A DNA stretch of 63,144 nucleotides, counting the filler, from Intoshia linei (taxonomy: Eukaryota > Animalia > Orthonectida): the NCBI GenBank assembly GCA_001642005.1. It is 8 parts of 8 records of this genome, joined end to end, with 100 filler letters (N's around TTAATTAATTAA, not from the genome) between each part and the next. Parts side by side here need not be neighbours in the genome. Positions count along the whole stretch, not along the records: positions 24,562 to 41,896 come from LWCA01000805.1; positions 41,997 to 51,490 come from LWCA01001371.1; 6 more parts are not named here. The stretch is one strand, 5' to 3'. The position numbers and the translations under genes are program-made. The notes beneath the pieces were generated by a model. It did no database searches, had not been told where the DNA came from, and was given only the letters and a program-made list of their open reading frames with translations. Below are positions 35,901 to 50,009 of this stretch, piece after piece; the first letter of the stretch is position 1; every line of letters starts with the position of its first letter.

Positions 35901-38900
35901 CACGATAAAGATCCAACTTATTCGACAAGTTTGTTAAAGTATCGAGTTTATCCTGAACATTGATAAAATTTGATTCATCATCCACTGTAAATTTACCCAA
36001 ATTTACAAGTTGATCAAACATTTGATCAACATTTTGTTTTATAAAATTAATTTTTTTTAAAAACCCAAAAATATTAATCACATGATTTAAACCACTTTTC
36101 AGTACGGTAAACGTTTCAATCAAATTTTGCCATTCTTTTCCAATTTTAGATTGCATTTCTTGTAAAGTTTCTTGTATACCATCCTTCTTGTTAAAAAATA
36201 CCGTGTCACACAACAAAATGTCTTGTAATAATTGAGGTAAATCTTTTAATTTTTTTTCATATTGAAAAATTCCATCATTAATATGATTAAATTTACGTTT
36301 CAAGATGGACAAATCCAAATTATTTTCAATTTTAATTTCTACATTTAAGTCGACATTTTTAATTTTGATAAATTCTTTCAATTCCGAATGGACAGATTCC
36401 CATTTTTCGGTGCACTTTAATTTTTTATTGTATTTACGTAAATCTTTATAAGAAGACAACATGCCATTCCATTTTGAATTAATTTCAAAAATTTTCGGTT
36501 CAGCCACATACGTATATACTAAAATTGCATCCATCCCCGTAATACCTAATTTATAATTTTTGGTATTTTGAAGGTATTGCATTTCAGATTCCTTTTTAAA
36601 TTCTTTTTTTTCCCCAACTTTTAAATAACATTCTTCTCGGAAAGAGTCGGAAGACTCGTTGATATTTTTTAATAAATCTCCATATTTTATTAAATCATGT
36701 TCAATTTTTAGACACATTTGCTTCATCGCTTCCGTGTTGGTAATTGAATTTGACAGTTTTTCAATTTGGCACATTTTAAGAGTACTACCTTCAATCCAAG
36801 TATCCAAATTATCTACGCTTTCCAACAAAAGAGCCACTTTCAAACTACGTTCGCTTTTTGATATGTAATCTTTGTAACTTTCAATTACTTTCAGATACAT
36901 TTTATCTGTATCATTGTAAGCCAGTTTAATGTTGTCAATATCAAAATGGAACCAAAAATTTTTATCACTTAAAAATGTATCTTTGGTAGCCACTTCCATT
37001 TTCCTATCATGAACGACATGACAAGTTGGAATGTTGACAGATAAACCATTTTTATTTTCAACACACCAAAAATCAAAACTATTTTTACAAATCAGGGTTA
37101 CCTTTTCTCCCACTTTTAATGTCACATTTTCGTCATAAAAATCTTTAGTTACAATTAGACACGTTTTTGATTTAGTCGCTTTCAGTAGATTATTAATGAC
37201 CGATTCCATTTCCGTTTTGATGGGTTCAATTTTGTCAGCCAACAATTTAACCTGTTCAGATTCCGTTATAAAGAAATTTTTACCATTTCGAATGCGAGTA
37301 ATACCTCTTTGAATCATGACAACACTATGAACAGATTTTATACTATTTTTTTCAATTAAATCCTTATTAATACTTAGAATTCCCTCCATGTGTTTAGAAA
37401 ATGATTGCTGCCAAAACCGGCAATCTTGAAAAAACAATAAAACCTTAATGGCGCAATTCAAAACCAACTTTGACAGTTTTAATCGTTTATTAAATTTAGC
37501 CATATGAATTGTTAAATCGGACATGCATTTTTCATTGGGGTTGTGTTTTTCAAATTGTTTCTTATATCTATAATGAATATCCAATTGAACCACTTCCCTA
37601 TTAACATAATCTTTTGATAAACCATTCAGGGATTCTAGATTTGTTTCACATGTAGTTAAATCGGGATACTTGCATATCAATTTGGTGAATTTACATTGCT
37701 TCCGAAGCCAAGATATCTCTACCTCCACACACAATGAAAAATCAAAAAATTCGCATTTTAATTTGACATCTTCAATCTGAACTTGAACCTGTTTTATAAG
37801 AAGTTTAACAGCAGTTTGTGAATCTGTGACACGAGCCAAAAGCTGCATTGAAATTTCAGATGGAATGTGTTCCTTTTTGCACAATTCTTCCGCAGTCTTG
37901 TTCTGTACAGTAATTTCATTGTCCAAATTTTTTAATTCTTCCAGTAAGATTTCTCGGCGCTCCAGGTACCTTTTGATTTTATCAATATTGGAAATTCCAG
38001 ATAAATTGTAAAGTTTTATTAGTTTTGTCTTTTCAAATTCTTTTACAGAGCTATCCACCACATCGAGGAATTTTAATCCTTCCAATAACAATTTTGCATC
38101 ATTAAAACACTTTGATTTTTCCTTTTCAATTTTCCTTAAACTGTCATATTTGTCAAGAATTAAAAAATAATGCTTTTTAATCGTTTCAATGTCAATGAAA
38201 TGACTCGCTTCCAATTCGTCTACAATAGTTTGCAATTTTTCAAATAAATTTTGTTTGCTTTCAAAATCTGATACTAGCGCTTCGTGGCGTTGAAGCGATG
38301 GACCCAATTTTGTGTACTCGAAATGCAAAGTTTCCATTTTCATTAAATGACTCATTTCATCTATCCATTCATCACGTAAATTGGATTTTTTATAATACAA
38401 TTTTTCCAAATTATTCATCCTTTCAACCCATTTCAACTTGGATTTTAATAAAGATTCGTATTCATTTTCACATTTCTCTAATTTATCCCAATGGCTAGAT
38501 ATTTCAGATAAACTTATCAAAGGGTCCGGTTCATAAATATCCATTCCCAAGGTAGTTCGTTTAGTATTCATTGAAAAAAATTTAGATTCCATTTTCCCGC
38601 GAATAGCCAACTTTTCACGTTTCGTTTCCGTCAGATACACTGAAAAAGAAGATAACAATTTACGAATTTCTTTTTCGTTCATTGCATCAGGCTCCTTGTT
38701 GAAATAATCAATTTCATATAAACACCATTGTATCAATTGTTTCGATAACTTTTCATATTCAATTTCATCGTAATCCAGGAATAATAAATTATTTATTATT
38801 CGACCAATACGCTTGGAACCTGTCACTTCAATTTTCATTTTTGCAAAATTATGAAAACACAAAGATACATATGTTAAAATAGATTTTTCATCTGGAGAAT

Positions 38901-39694
38901 TTTCAACATCGTCTGGATCCAATAGTTGAGGAATACCAATATTTTCAGCACACTTAAAAGCAATTTCAAGATTATTCCTACAATTATCAGTAAATAAATT
39001 CAAATTTATACTCTTAGGGGTATGGGCATGCAACAAACAGCCAAAAGCATATCCGCTGGTCCAACTTGTTGTAAAATTTGTAATTTCAACATTGCTGTAA
39101 TCTTTAGTCTTTGTTTGAGCCCATAATAGTAAGTCGTCCTTTGGTGACCTCTTTAATTTATAACATTTACCTGACACTGAAGGTTCACTTATAGATTTAT
39201 CATCAGGTATAAATTTCACCGTCTGTATTTGAAATCTCAGAATTAATGTCCATATTAATCCCAAAATAAGACGCTCTTCTCCATCCACAATATCTTGTGG
39301 TCCAATATTTTCTAATCTTACCTAAATAGTTTTAAAATTATAAAATTTCAAAATTTCAAAATACCTGCTTCTTTAAAAATTTTAAACATTTGTTTATATT
39401 TTCAATTTTTTGAACTCGCAAAAGACCACGATTAGGTGCATCAAATTTTACATCAGATATCGATTCCAATAATCGTATCAACTTGATGCCATCAGAAAAA
39501 TCTGTAAATAAATCTTCCACGTGTAGTCCAAGCTGTTTTATAGTTAAATTAATAATTTTTCATTTTAAATTAACCTTTTCCAGGTGCGTATTGCACCATT
39601 TCGCAAATGTCTTTTTTTGCACTAAAATGCGTTGTTCTCGAAGAAATCGTATTCTATCGTGTTCAAAATTATATTTTTTGTTTGAATTGTTCAT
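26980..39694 (-). CDS. Beta-heavy spectrin (karst/SMA-1/SPTBN5 type), ~4,182 aa, 5 coding exons (39694-39575, 39532-39365, 39321-28246, 28202-28104, 28065-26980)
   Basis: Tandem CH domains (FEHDRIRFLREQRILVQKKTFAKWCN..DGIKLIRLLE..ENIGPQDIVDGEERLILGLIWTLILRFQI..LLLWAQ..NFTTSW..PDEKSILTYV), spectrin repeats, an early embedded SH3 (VTKDFYDENVTLKVGEKVTLICKNSFDFWCVE..IP) as in invertebrate beta-H spectrin, C-terminal PH domain (GKKLQNRFWRQCYVVL..DGSEFLL..MMAWFNEI) and basic tail KKKKRFIFFSRRKK. Four 38-43 nt GT-AG introns keep frame. Confidence 0.92.
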
Positions 39695-42612
39695 TACAGT
39701 CTAAAATCAAATAAAATTTTAATGTTTAGGAATTAATATAAATGTTTAACAATTATGTATTTTTAGAAAGACTTGTTTCAAACCAAGACAATCAAGTTTT
39801 TATGTGGAAATTCCAAATCAGTATATGAGCAATGATCATTTTATACATTAAATTTACATTAATAATTCATAATACTAACCTCTGTAAAGGTTTATTGTTT
39901 AGTTAGATTTTTTCGATTAATATTCAGGAGAAATTTAAATTTCTTTACAATAGTAACGAGTTATTTACTTTATTACGTTTCAAACAATGAAATATTAAAT
40001 AACACGCATTTATTTACATTTTGGTCACATCACTTAGCATCTTTCAAAGATTTATATAATTTTACTATTTTTTGTTGTTTCAAAAAAGAAATTGTTATTT
40101 GGAGCGTTGCAAAAACTTGTAACATGATATTGCTAAACAATTTGTTATATTATATGTAACATTTATGCAATAGTTTGTATTTTCAGTGATATATATAATT
40201 TATCATATCATTAAATCAGTCATTGCCAAAATGTATGGCGGGACGCCTAGGGTTGGCGCTATATAAGTTGACATTATTCTTTCCGGCGGTATAGTACATT
40301 TGTATTCTTTACCGTATAAAGTTTAAAAATGACTAAATTTATTAGAATTATTTTTGTTTCTGCATGGGTCACGCTGAAAAATATATAAAATTATAAACTC
40401 TAAAAACTAAGAAAATCTTTTGGTGATTGTGAGGAAATTTTGTTAAAAAAATTTGTTTCACTTCCAAAATGATGATGTCAAGATTAATTTAAGTACTGTA
40501 GTCAATTTTCGCTGGTCACCTGAAACAGATGTATAATGCAGAGAAAAGGTTGCCTAACTTACTTTTGTCAATACTAGGGGTGTCAGACTCATTTGTTTGG
40601 CTGCAAAAAAATTTTATTCACCTATGTTACATCATGGTGATATCGTGGTAACGGTACGATGTAGTATTGAAGAAAAAAGACCCTCAAAGTTAAGAAGAAC
40701 TTCATTGTATGAATTATAAATTTTGGAAATAACCAAATTTATAAATTCAACATTCATTAAACATTAACATTCATTTTTGTTAAACTCATCAACTAGAGCT
40801 AATTACTCTTGCATTCTTGAACTCGTTACAACCTGTAAGGTGATTAATAGTTTTAAATTAAATTAAATTAATATAATTTTAAATTTTGATTAAATTTGAA
40901 TTGTTCCATAATTTTCTATAAAGTTAACTTTTAAATATTTTCTACCGGTCTGTATGACCGCAAAGAGACCTACCATATTGAAATTCTTTTCGGATTACTC
41001 TGCTACCCTTTACTTATATAAAAATGAACGTTTATGTGTGTAACTATTTATTGAAAAAATTAACTGTCGTAGAATCAAAAAATACCCAATTTTTAATACA
41101 GTTTTAATCTATTTTTCAATTTCAGAATTTGAGTTTTTCAGGGTCAAAAACCGAATTTTCCTTTTGTTTAAAAAAAATCAGACACAAAAAGTAATAAAAC
41201 ATGCATCCTGGGACGCGTCATTAACATTGTGGTTGTCTCAGCCTCAGAAACGCATACCTTCATGGTCAAAACCACAAATTACACTTTTTTTAAAAATGGA
41301 TCATGTCCTAAAATTTTTTAACACAAATTCTGGGATAGTTTTAAAATCATAAGCATTATCATAAATGGGAACCTCAAAAAATATCATATTCACCGTCAAA
41401 ACATCAGATTACTTTTTTTTTAAATGAAAATAGCTCCAGAATTTGAAAAAAATTTACAAATGGTATAGTTGTATCCTGTTAACACACACAAAAATGTTCA
41501 ATCTGAATAAGTCACGCCTTCACGGTAAAAAAGGAGTTCATTTCTTTTTATTTCGAAACTATTTTATTTATTCTCAATTTCTTTGAGTATATATCCCTAC
41601 TTATATAATTACGGGCTAATTCCTTGTTAACGGATAAAAATTTTTGATTAATTTCTGATTAATTTTTCTCAAATACAAAAATTCCGTTAAATTTTAATTT
41701 AAAATTATATCATAAAAATTTTTAAAAACATCAGACTACTCGACGGAAACAGTTTTCATAAATATCAATTTATTATTGATTCAACTTATATATTGTTAAT
41801 TGTATTATGTGGTTATAAAATATAATACATAAAATATTTATAGATTATTAATAATTAAACCGGAAAATGAATACTTTGATTCTGATTAATATTAATNNNN
41901 NNNNNNNNNNNNNNNNNNNNNNNNNNNNNNNNNNNNNNNNTTAATTAATTAANNNNNNNNNNNNNNNNNNNNNNNNNNNNNNNNNNNNNNNNNNNNAAAT
42001 AAACTATAATATACATGTTTAAATTAATATTAAGTTAAAAACTTTAAACGACGTGCGCAACTCCACCTTACAATTTTTGCAGATTTTAATGCTGACATGA
42101 TGTTTTTAATTATAATACTAGACTAAATTTTACTAAGACTAAGAGAGATTCCATTATGTGAAACACCCTAGTATACATTATATATATAATGATTATTATA
42201 CATTGTATACTATAGATTAGTGTTTTTCAGAGATTCGTGAAATATTTTGTACTACTTATCTATACAATATGAAAATTTTTTATCATAAATTACATTATAA
42301 GAAATTTGCAGCTTCATGTTTAAAAACTGAAATTATAATTATACAAGGATTGTCCGGTAAACCAAAATTTTTCACTTAAAAACTAAGCATAATTTATATT
42401 TTTTTCTAAGAATTTCTAAAATTAAGAATTAATAAGAATTGAATTGATTGATTTTTCCTTTTTGTCATTATCACATAATTAGTCTACTAAGTGGTTTCTC
42501 TATTAGAAATATGCTTTAGATATTTTAAGGTCCGCTAAAAATATTGGCTAAATAACATTTTATATTTTTTTAAATGTCATGTTAAAATATATACAATTAT
42601 TTCCAATTTCAG

Positions 42613-45600
42613 GATCTTTCTCGTCAATGTTAGGATTATACAAAAGTGATCAATGTTCTCCGTGCCGAGGTGGAAATTATTGTGCTACTACGGGGTTAAC
42701 TAAACCAACTGGTGAATGTAACGTTGGACATTACTGTACTTTGGGTTTTTTATATTAGAAAATACTACATAAACATTAATTTAGGAGTGAGTTACAATAA
42801 ACCTGACGTAACAGTGAATTTTGTTGGAACAGGTGGCATCTGTCCTATCGGGTAGATATTTTCATCTATAAAATTTCAAATATTATTAATAATATATAAT
42901 ATATTAAAATATAATAAATCATTTTGATTAATATTATAACATGTATTCCATTTAGACATTTCTGTTTGAAGGGTTCTGTTGTTGGTACACCATGTTCGGC
43001 TGGTACGTATCAACCTTTAAAAGGACAAATTATATGCTTGCCTTGTCCAATAGGTACTACTCTTACATCCTATTATAATACTTATTATATTAAATGTACA
43101 ATGTATCAGAAAATATATAAATAAAAATGTATATTTTTGTAAAATTTTAGGAAAATATTGCATTCACGCATCATCAACCCCGGTAAACTGTAAATCTGGA
43201 TATTATTGCCCAATTGGAACTAAACGTAAAAGTGAATTCCCATGCCCACCTGGAACGTACAACCCAAATATTGGATCTAGTGTTGTTGGAGATTGTTTAC
43301 CTTGCCCGAAAGGAAAATATTGCGCTGGTTTTGGTAATTTTCAACCTGATGGTGATTGTGGAAATGGTTTTATATGTGTTTTGGGCGTTAATGTCATCAC
43401 TCCTAATGATTTATTGTAATATTTTTTATTTATTATTATATATATTATTTTATATATACATTTAAATATACATATTTACAATTTACTTTTTTTGTATGTT
43501 AACATTTTCGTGATTTTTACCTTTTTTTCTAATTTAGAAACGATGGAAATGGTAGAATATGCAATCCCGGGTAATTTATCTTATAATTTAAGAAATGTAA
43601 TATTATTTAAGTGTGATACATATTATACATACAAATAAATTATTGTAATAAATATATAGATTTTATTGTCCACCGGGATCTTTTGAAGAAACGCCTTGTA
43701 AAGCAGGAAAATATTGTCCCTATTATGGTCAATTTGATTCTTTGCGTAAATTTTTTAATTTTAAATAATGAATTGATACTAATGCAATTTGTCTCCAATA
43801 TAACCTTATTTTAAAATATTAGTTGATTGCAGTGAAGGCTACTATTGCCCGACCGGAAGTTTAAAGAATGATGCAAAGGTATGGATTTTTAATTAAATTA
43901 TATATAATAATAAATTATTCTAATATGTACTTATATAAATAATTAATACTTTATAGATTATTATAATGAATTAGCATGTCTGTTATTACTACGTTCAAAC
44001 TAAGGCTTCTTCTGATCTAAAGTTGTTGTTCAATGTTAAAATATTGATATATTAAAAAAAATGCTGATTTATTAATTTTGTTAAATTAGAATTGAAATAT
44101 AAAATATCATGATAAAGTACAGTATTAAATAAATTATTATAATTATAATTTTACATAGTAGTAAAATGAAAAAATTCACTGTATAAAATTGACTTTATGA
44201 ATTGATTGAAAAAAATTACTGCTCTTAAAAATAATTTAGATTTGTACAAGGGGATCGTTTTGTTCAGTAGGCTCCGCATCTCCTACGCCATGTCCGATAG
44301 GTATTTTTGAACGATAGTTAAAAATTTATTTTTTACAAGTTTTTATTCATTATTTAATTTCATTTAGGAACGTATTCCAATCAACTAGGAATAAGGAAAA
44401 GTACAGACTGCATACAATGTACGTCCGGATTCTATTGTGGGTGTAAGAATATCATTTATTTATTGTTAACATCATCATTACTACCATTTATATGTATATT
44501 TATTTTTATCAATATTTTTAGCTGAAGGATTAACGACACCGACAGATACATGGTACATATTCAATTCATAAATTTGACATTTAATTGTATACCTTTAATA
44601 TTTACTATTCACTTTTTGCAGTAACTACTATTTCAAGTAGATTTTAACAGGATTACTTTACAATTTAATACAATTATTATGAATTTGTAGTCCAAATATA
44701 GTCAAATAATATTAAATAATTATTTAAGTTACATCAAATACAGATGTAAATGATTATTAATATTTCATAGTCCTTGTTTTAATATAATTTATATTTAGTG
44801 CAATTGGTTATTTTTGTAAAATGGGAAGTTCAAATCCGACACCAATTGGAAATGAATGTCCTATTGGTTATTATTGTCCTGTTCAATCAGCAGAAGCGAT
44901 ACCAGTATTTATCTATGATTTCTATTATATTTGATTATATATGAATGATACGATACTTTTATTATTTATTCATTTAGTGCATCGCTGGTAAATATCAACC
45001 CAGCAAAAAACAAGGATTATGTCTGAATTGTCCAGTTAAATTCTACTGTGATCCCACACAGACATGTAATACCTACATGGTCATTTAAATTTTAAATAAT
45101 CACATTTTTAGCCGATCAAGGTGTATCCGTTCCACTGAGCTGTCCAAAAGGATTTTATTGTCCAACAGGTACAAGCAATTACTTGGAAAACCCTTGTCCG
45201 TTAGGAACATATGGTAAAACCACACAATTAGCAATGGCAAGTGATTGTACGCCATGTGATCCCAATTATTATTGTGATACAACTGGTATTGAAGCTCCTA
45301 CTGGTGTATGCAATGATGGTTACTATTGCGAAAGATATTCTCAAATTGCTTCTCCTGATTTTAAAGTGGTTATATTAGTTGGACCCTACACTGGGACATA
45401 TAAAAATAAAATTTGTCCTAAGGGTTTTTATTGTAAAGGTTAGTAATTATTTGTTGTTATTTAACTTATAAATTACAAGTTTTAATATACTTAAATTATA
45501 TTTAAATTTAATAGGAGGGTACAAAACTGCTTGTCCTATAGGAACCTATGTCGCAAAAACTGGTAAAAATAGATTTATTATAATATTATTCCATCTATAC

Positions 45601-48600
45601 CAGGGTTTCTTAACCGGGAATACTAGCACCCCTAGGGGTGCTAGAATTAATTTCAGGGGTGCTGGAAAAACTATTCTTATTTTTTAAAATTTGAATAAAA
45701 AATATTAATAAAAAAATCAAATTAAACGTATTTTATCACTCAAATAAGTGTATATTCATATATGCAAAAAATTGAACAATGAATACGTAAAGTATGGATT
45801 TACTGGGCTTATAGAAAGTGGGAAGAATGATAGAGCTCAATTGTCATTTTATGATGTGTAATTCTAATCTTAACCTTGTCTTTTAAGACGAATAGAAAAA
45901 CATCCAAATGATGAAAATAGATTTATTGAGAATTTTCGCATTAAGAGAGCCCGATATGACCAAAAATCGAAAAGTAGATATGGATGGGGAGATAAGTTGC
46001 CACACAATATGAGAGTTGGTTTATCTCAAACAAAACCAGATATGATAAACTTTTTTACGCTAAACAACAACAAAACTTTTATTAATTATATCATCAGTGA
46101 TGATTCATCACAAATTTATTATGTAAATTAAAATGTTTTTTTAATTACATAGTTTTGTTGCTTTTATATATTCCAGAAAAATATTGGTTTAATTGACATC
46201 ATATATAATTTAAATCTCAATAAAATACGATTTTTAAGTTGAATTTTAAGGTATCATTTTTTATTTTTGCAGGGGTGCTGGAAATAATTGATCTGGTTAG
46301 TAGGTGTGCTAAATTTAATAAAGGTTGAGAAACCATAATCTATACTATTTTATTATTTATTACATTTTTAGGATCAATTGAATTAACACAATGTTTATCT
46401 TGCCCAGCTGGTCATTATTGCGAAAATATTGGTGAAAGTGACGGATTCGGATCACCACTTTGTACTGCTGGGTATATAATATATTATTTGTATTTTGGGC
46501 CGTGGAGAGCCAGCATTGTAAATTGTAAGCTGTAAATAATTTTTTTTTAAAAATGGGACCTCTATACATTGTAATATATTGATATTGATATGTCATTATG
46601 ATAAATACTATAAAATTAATATATTTTACAAAAATTTCTAAAATCCCAGTATGACCCATAAAAGGTTTTACCCAAATCTGGTTTGAACACTAGATCCGAA
46701 CCTAACGTACCGAGGCTTCTTGGCGTATAATGCAGTGTTCGTGAAAAAAATTTAGGTACGAATTTTATTTTTGGGGAACGCGATAATGTTAGGTTTAACT
46801 CTGTTGGACACTACTGATTAATTTTGCAAAAAGCATTATTAGTACTTATTAATATATTATAATAAATGAAATTAAAAATTTTATTTAACTTTATGATTAG
46901 CACTGTTATACTAATCGTTTATTAGATATTATTGTTCAGGAGGCTCTGCGACAGCAACACCAAGAGATGTATCTCTTGGTGGAAATGTGTGTCCCATCGG
47001 AAACTATTGTCCAAAAGGTATGATGGTTCTAAATCAGGGTGTCAATTATGCGGCCTGCGGGGCATTTGTGGCCCGCGTTATAATAAAAATTTTTACCCAT
47101 ATTTCTTTTTTTACATATTTTTCATAAATTTATTTATTCCTGATTGCAATTTTAGCATTAGTTATGCTCTTATTCCATTATTTTTTTTTAATTGATTTTA
47201 TTAATTAATTAAAACTATTGGTTTAATAATGATTTGTGTAAATTTTTATGTCACATTTGGACCGCCAACCGAATTGAATCTGACACCCTTGTTCTAAATG
47301 TATCACATTTTTTGCAATATTAGTATCCAGTTATTGTATTTTTGAAAATTTTGTCAGGTATGTAAAATTTGAATAGTAATACAATATATTGAGTATTGAA
47401 ATATTAAAAGTGTGATACAACATCAAATTACCATTACATTAATATTGATAACATGAATATAGGATCAACAAAAGAGTTACCATGTTTACCTGGTAGCTAT
47501 TCCTCGGTAGAAGCGAAAGAAGTCTGCGATCCTTGTCCAGCTGGAAAACTATGCGACATTCACGGGATGAGTAAACCGAAAGAGTGTACAAAGGGCTCGT
47601 ATTGTCCAATTGGCTCCTCCGTTCCAACATTTTGCGCAAAGGGTAGTTACGGTAATTCTGTCGGTTTAAAGTCTCAATCAGAATGTAAATATTGCGATGC
47701 CGGTAAATATTGCCCTAAGGCTGGCCAAACAGAATCGATTGGTATTTATTTTATTCTGGAATTTTGTTGTAAATTTATATATATTTTAAAAAGATTTATG
47801 TGCGTCCGGTTTTTATTGCGAATATGGAGCTTATACAAAAAATGCTCACTTTATTGGATATTTTCTAAAAAATGGCGAGTGTCCTGTTGGAAATTATTGT
47901 CTAACGGGTACGTCTGAACCTACACCATGCCCTATTGGTACATTTCGTAAAGAAAAAGGTATATTTATAATATATTACAAAAGTGACGATTCAATTTAAT
48001 TTTATTTTACAAAGGAGCGTCATCAGCAATAGATTGTCAACAGTGCATTGCTGGTAATTATTGTTCTATGAAAGGATTATCAGCACCGACTTCTCTTTGC
48101 AGCGATGGGTATTTTTGTTCTGGCTTAGTCGGAGCATCTATTCCAAATCCTATCGCTGGTATTTGTCCTATTAATCACTATTGTATAAAAGGTTCCAGTG
48201 CGCCGACTCAATGCGCTTTAGGTATGAATATTATTTAAAAAACTATAATCAGACATATAGGAACATATCAACAAGTTACTGGAAAATGGGTATTTATGAA
48301 TTTATAAATTATTGATTTCAACTAAATTTAATGATTAGTCCTGCGATCCATGTCCAATTGGTTATTACTGTCAAGATGGTCAACCTAACGAGTGTCCCGC
48401 ATTTCATTATTGTCCCCAAGGTATATTATAGTCAAATGTTTGATAATTCGTATTATATGCTGTATAATAATTATTTTAGGAACCGTAAATCCTATGCCTT
48501 GCCCTCCTGGAACATATACCGATGCTAATACTGTAAAACTCGGTGTTTCTAGTTTATGCAAGCCCTGTGCTGTTTCATTGTTTTGTAGGTATGCAAAGGC

Positions 48601-49653
48601 AAATTAATTCGACATTTTTATAATTATACATTTTAGCAATGGAATCGTTCAAGGTCCATGTGAAAAAGGATATTTTTGTGCATCTGGAGGTATATTTATA
48701 ATACAGTAAACTCTTTAGAGATGAACATAATACATGTATATCAAATTAAAAAGAATGTTCAATATACATTTACATTTTGTAAACATTAGACTTTTGCTTA
48801 TGGCTTTTTTAAAATTGATACCTGCATCTAAAGTTTTGCTTAAACTATGAATCAAATTAATATTAACAAAATCAACTTTGAATCAACTTTTAGTCGTTAG
48901 TGTTATTGGTGAATATTGAATCTTTTTTAAATTGTAATTATCGAACTACCCTATCGATACCGTAAAATTTTCCGATATTTTCAGTACTGCTAGTTTAACA
49001 TCTTCATCGCTGATTATAAAGTTAAGATTCCGCTTATTTGAAAACCATTCAAGTAATATGCTTTCATATTTAATTTAAATTTTAAATGAATTTTGCTTAA
49101 TTTTTTTATTATAATTTTAGTTATAATGGTTGATTTATTTTTGAATTTCTTCATAATTATAATCTTTAAGAATTTTGTTATCTGTACCAACTACTATTTT
49201 ATATTTATCTGCTAGTTTTCTTTGGAATATTTTAATATTTTTCATGATAAATGCTTGTTCATATTTTCGATGACTTATTTTTTGTATGTCTGTTTGTTTG
49301 TCTGTTTTTAATATAAAAGTGTTCATCTCTGGAAAATTGACTGTATGTATAAGAATTACAATTTAATTATTGATTTTTAGCCTCTGAACCTTCTCCGCCT
49401 GACATATCTATTGATCTCATGAATTGTTCTAATTCTATCGGGTGTGCTGGACCATGTTCAATGGGGTATATTATTTTTTTTCTATCATTATTTTAGTATA
49501 ATAATAATTGATCTACATTATTATTTAGATATTATTGCAAATATGGATCAACTACACAAACCCCATGTCCTAAAAATTTTTATTCGTTTCTGAGAGGTTC
49601 TAAATCAATTGAAGATTGTACTCCTTGTCCGATAGGATTTAGTTGTATACCAG
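42613..49653 (+). CDS. Large Cys-rich repeat protein (GCC2/GCC3, ephrin-receptor-like repeats), partial at both ends, more than 20 exons
   Basis: Iterated CPxGxYCPxG..PCPxGTY..CxxCxxGxYC..G...PTGxC units, for example CSPCRGGNYCATTGLTKPTGECNVGHYC, PCPLGTYG..CTPCDPNYYCDTTGIEAPTGVCNDGYYC and PCLPGSYS..CDPCPAGKLC, across GT-AG exons. Confidence 0.88.
45601..46337 (+). mobile_element. Charlie/Buster-type hAT deletion derivative in an intron of the Cys-rich gene
   Basis: Perfect TSD atctatac (45593-45600, 46338-46345); TIR cagggtttcttaacc / ggttgagaaaccata; palindrome ctagcacccctaggggtgctag; remnant EYVKYGFT...RAQ typical of Buster N-termini. Confidence 0.88.
47035..47291. mobile_element. hAT MITE in an intron of the Cys-rich gene
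   Basis: TSD ttctaaat on both sides; TIR cagggtgtca / tgacacccttg; subterminal gcggcc/ggcccgc motifs. Confidence 0.85.
48704..49343 (-). mobile_element. Tigger/pogo deletion derivative in an intron of the Cys-rich gene
   Basis: TA-flanked TIR cagtaaactctttagagatgaaca / tgttcatctctggaaaattgactg; HTH remnant QRKLADKYKIVVGT. Confidence 0.8.
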
Positions 49654-50009
49654 GTTATTGTTATGGATTTATAATTTATTATACAGTTTATGCATTAGTT
49701 TTTTATCAGTTTTTAATTTCTTTTTACTATTTAATAGAAATATAGTATAATGGAAATAATCATATTGGAATATACATGTATAACGAAATTATAAGCATTA
49801 AGAGAATAATATATAAATTATAATATTTTTTGTGAGTACATTGTATACTATACAATAATAATATACAATGTACAATGTACATTATAGTCATTATATGCCA
49901 AATAATTTAATTTTTTTTTATTGCTATAAATGACAACTTGTAAATAGTTGAATCATTCATAACATATAAATATTTATTTTGAATAAAATCAAAAATGTGC
50001 CATGTACAG

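Noticed and set aside
29014-38498. Many short + strand ORFs inside the spectrin gene
   Set aside because: Antisense shadows of a long Lys/Glu/Asn-rich coding exon; no motifs.
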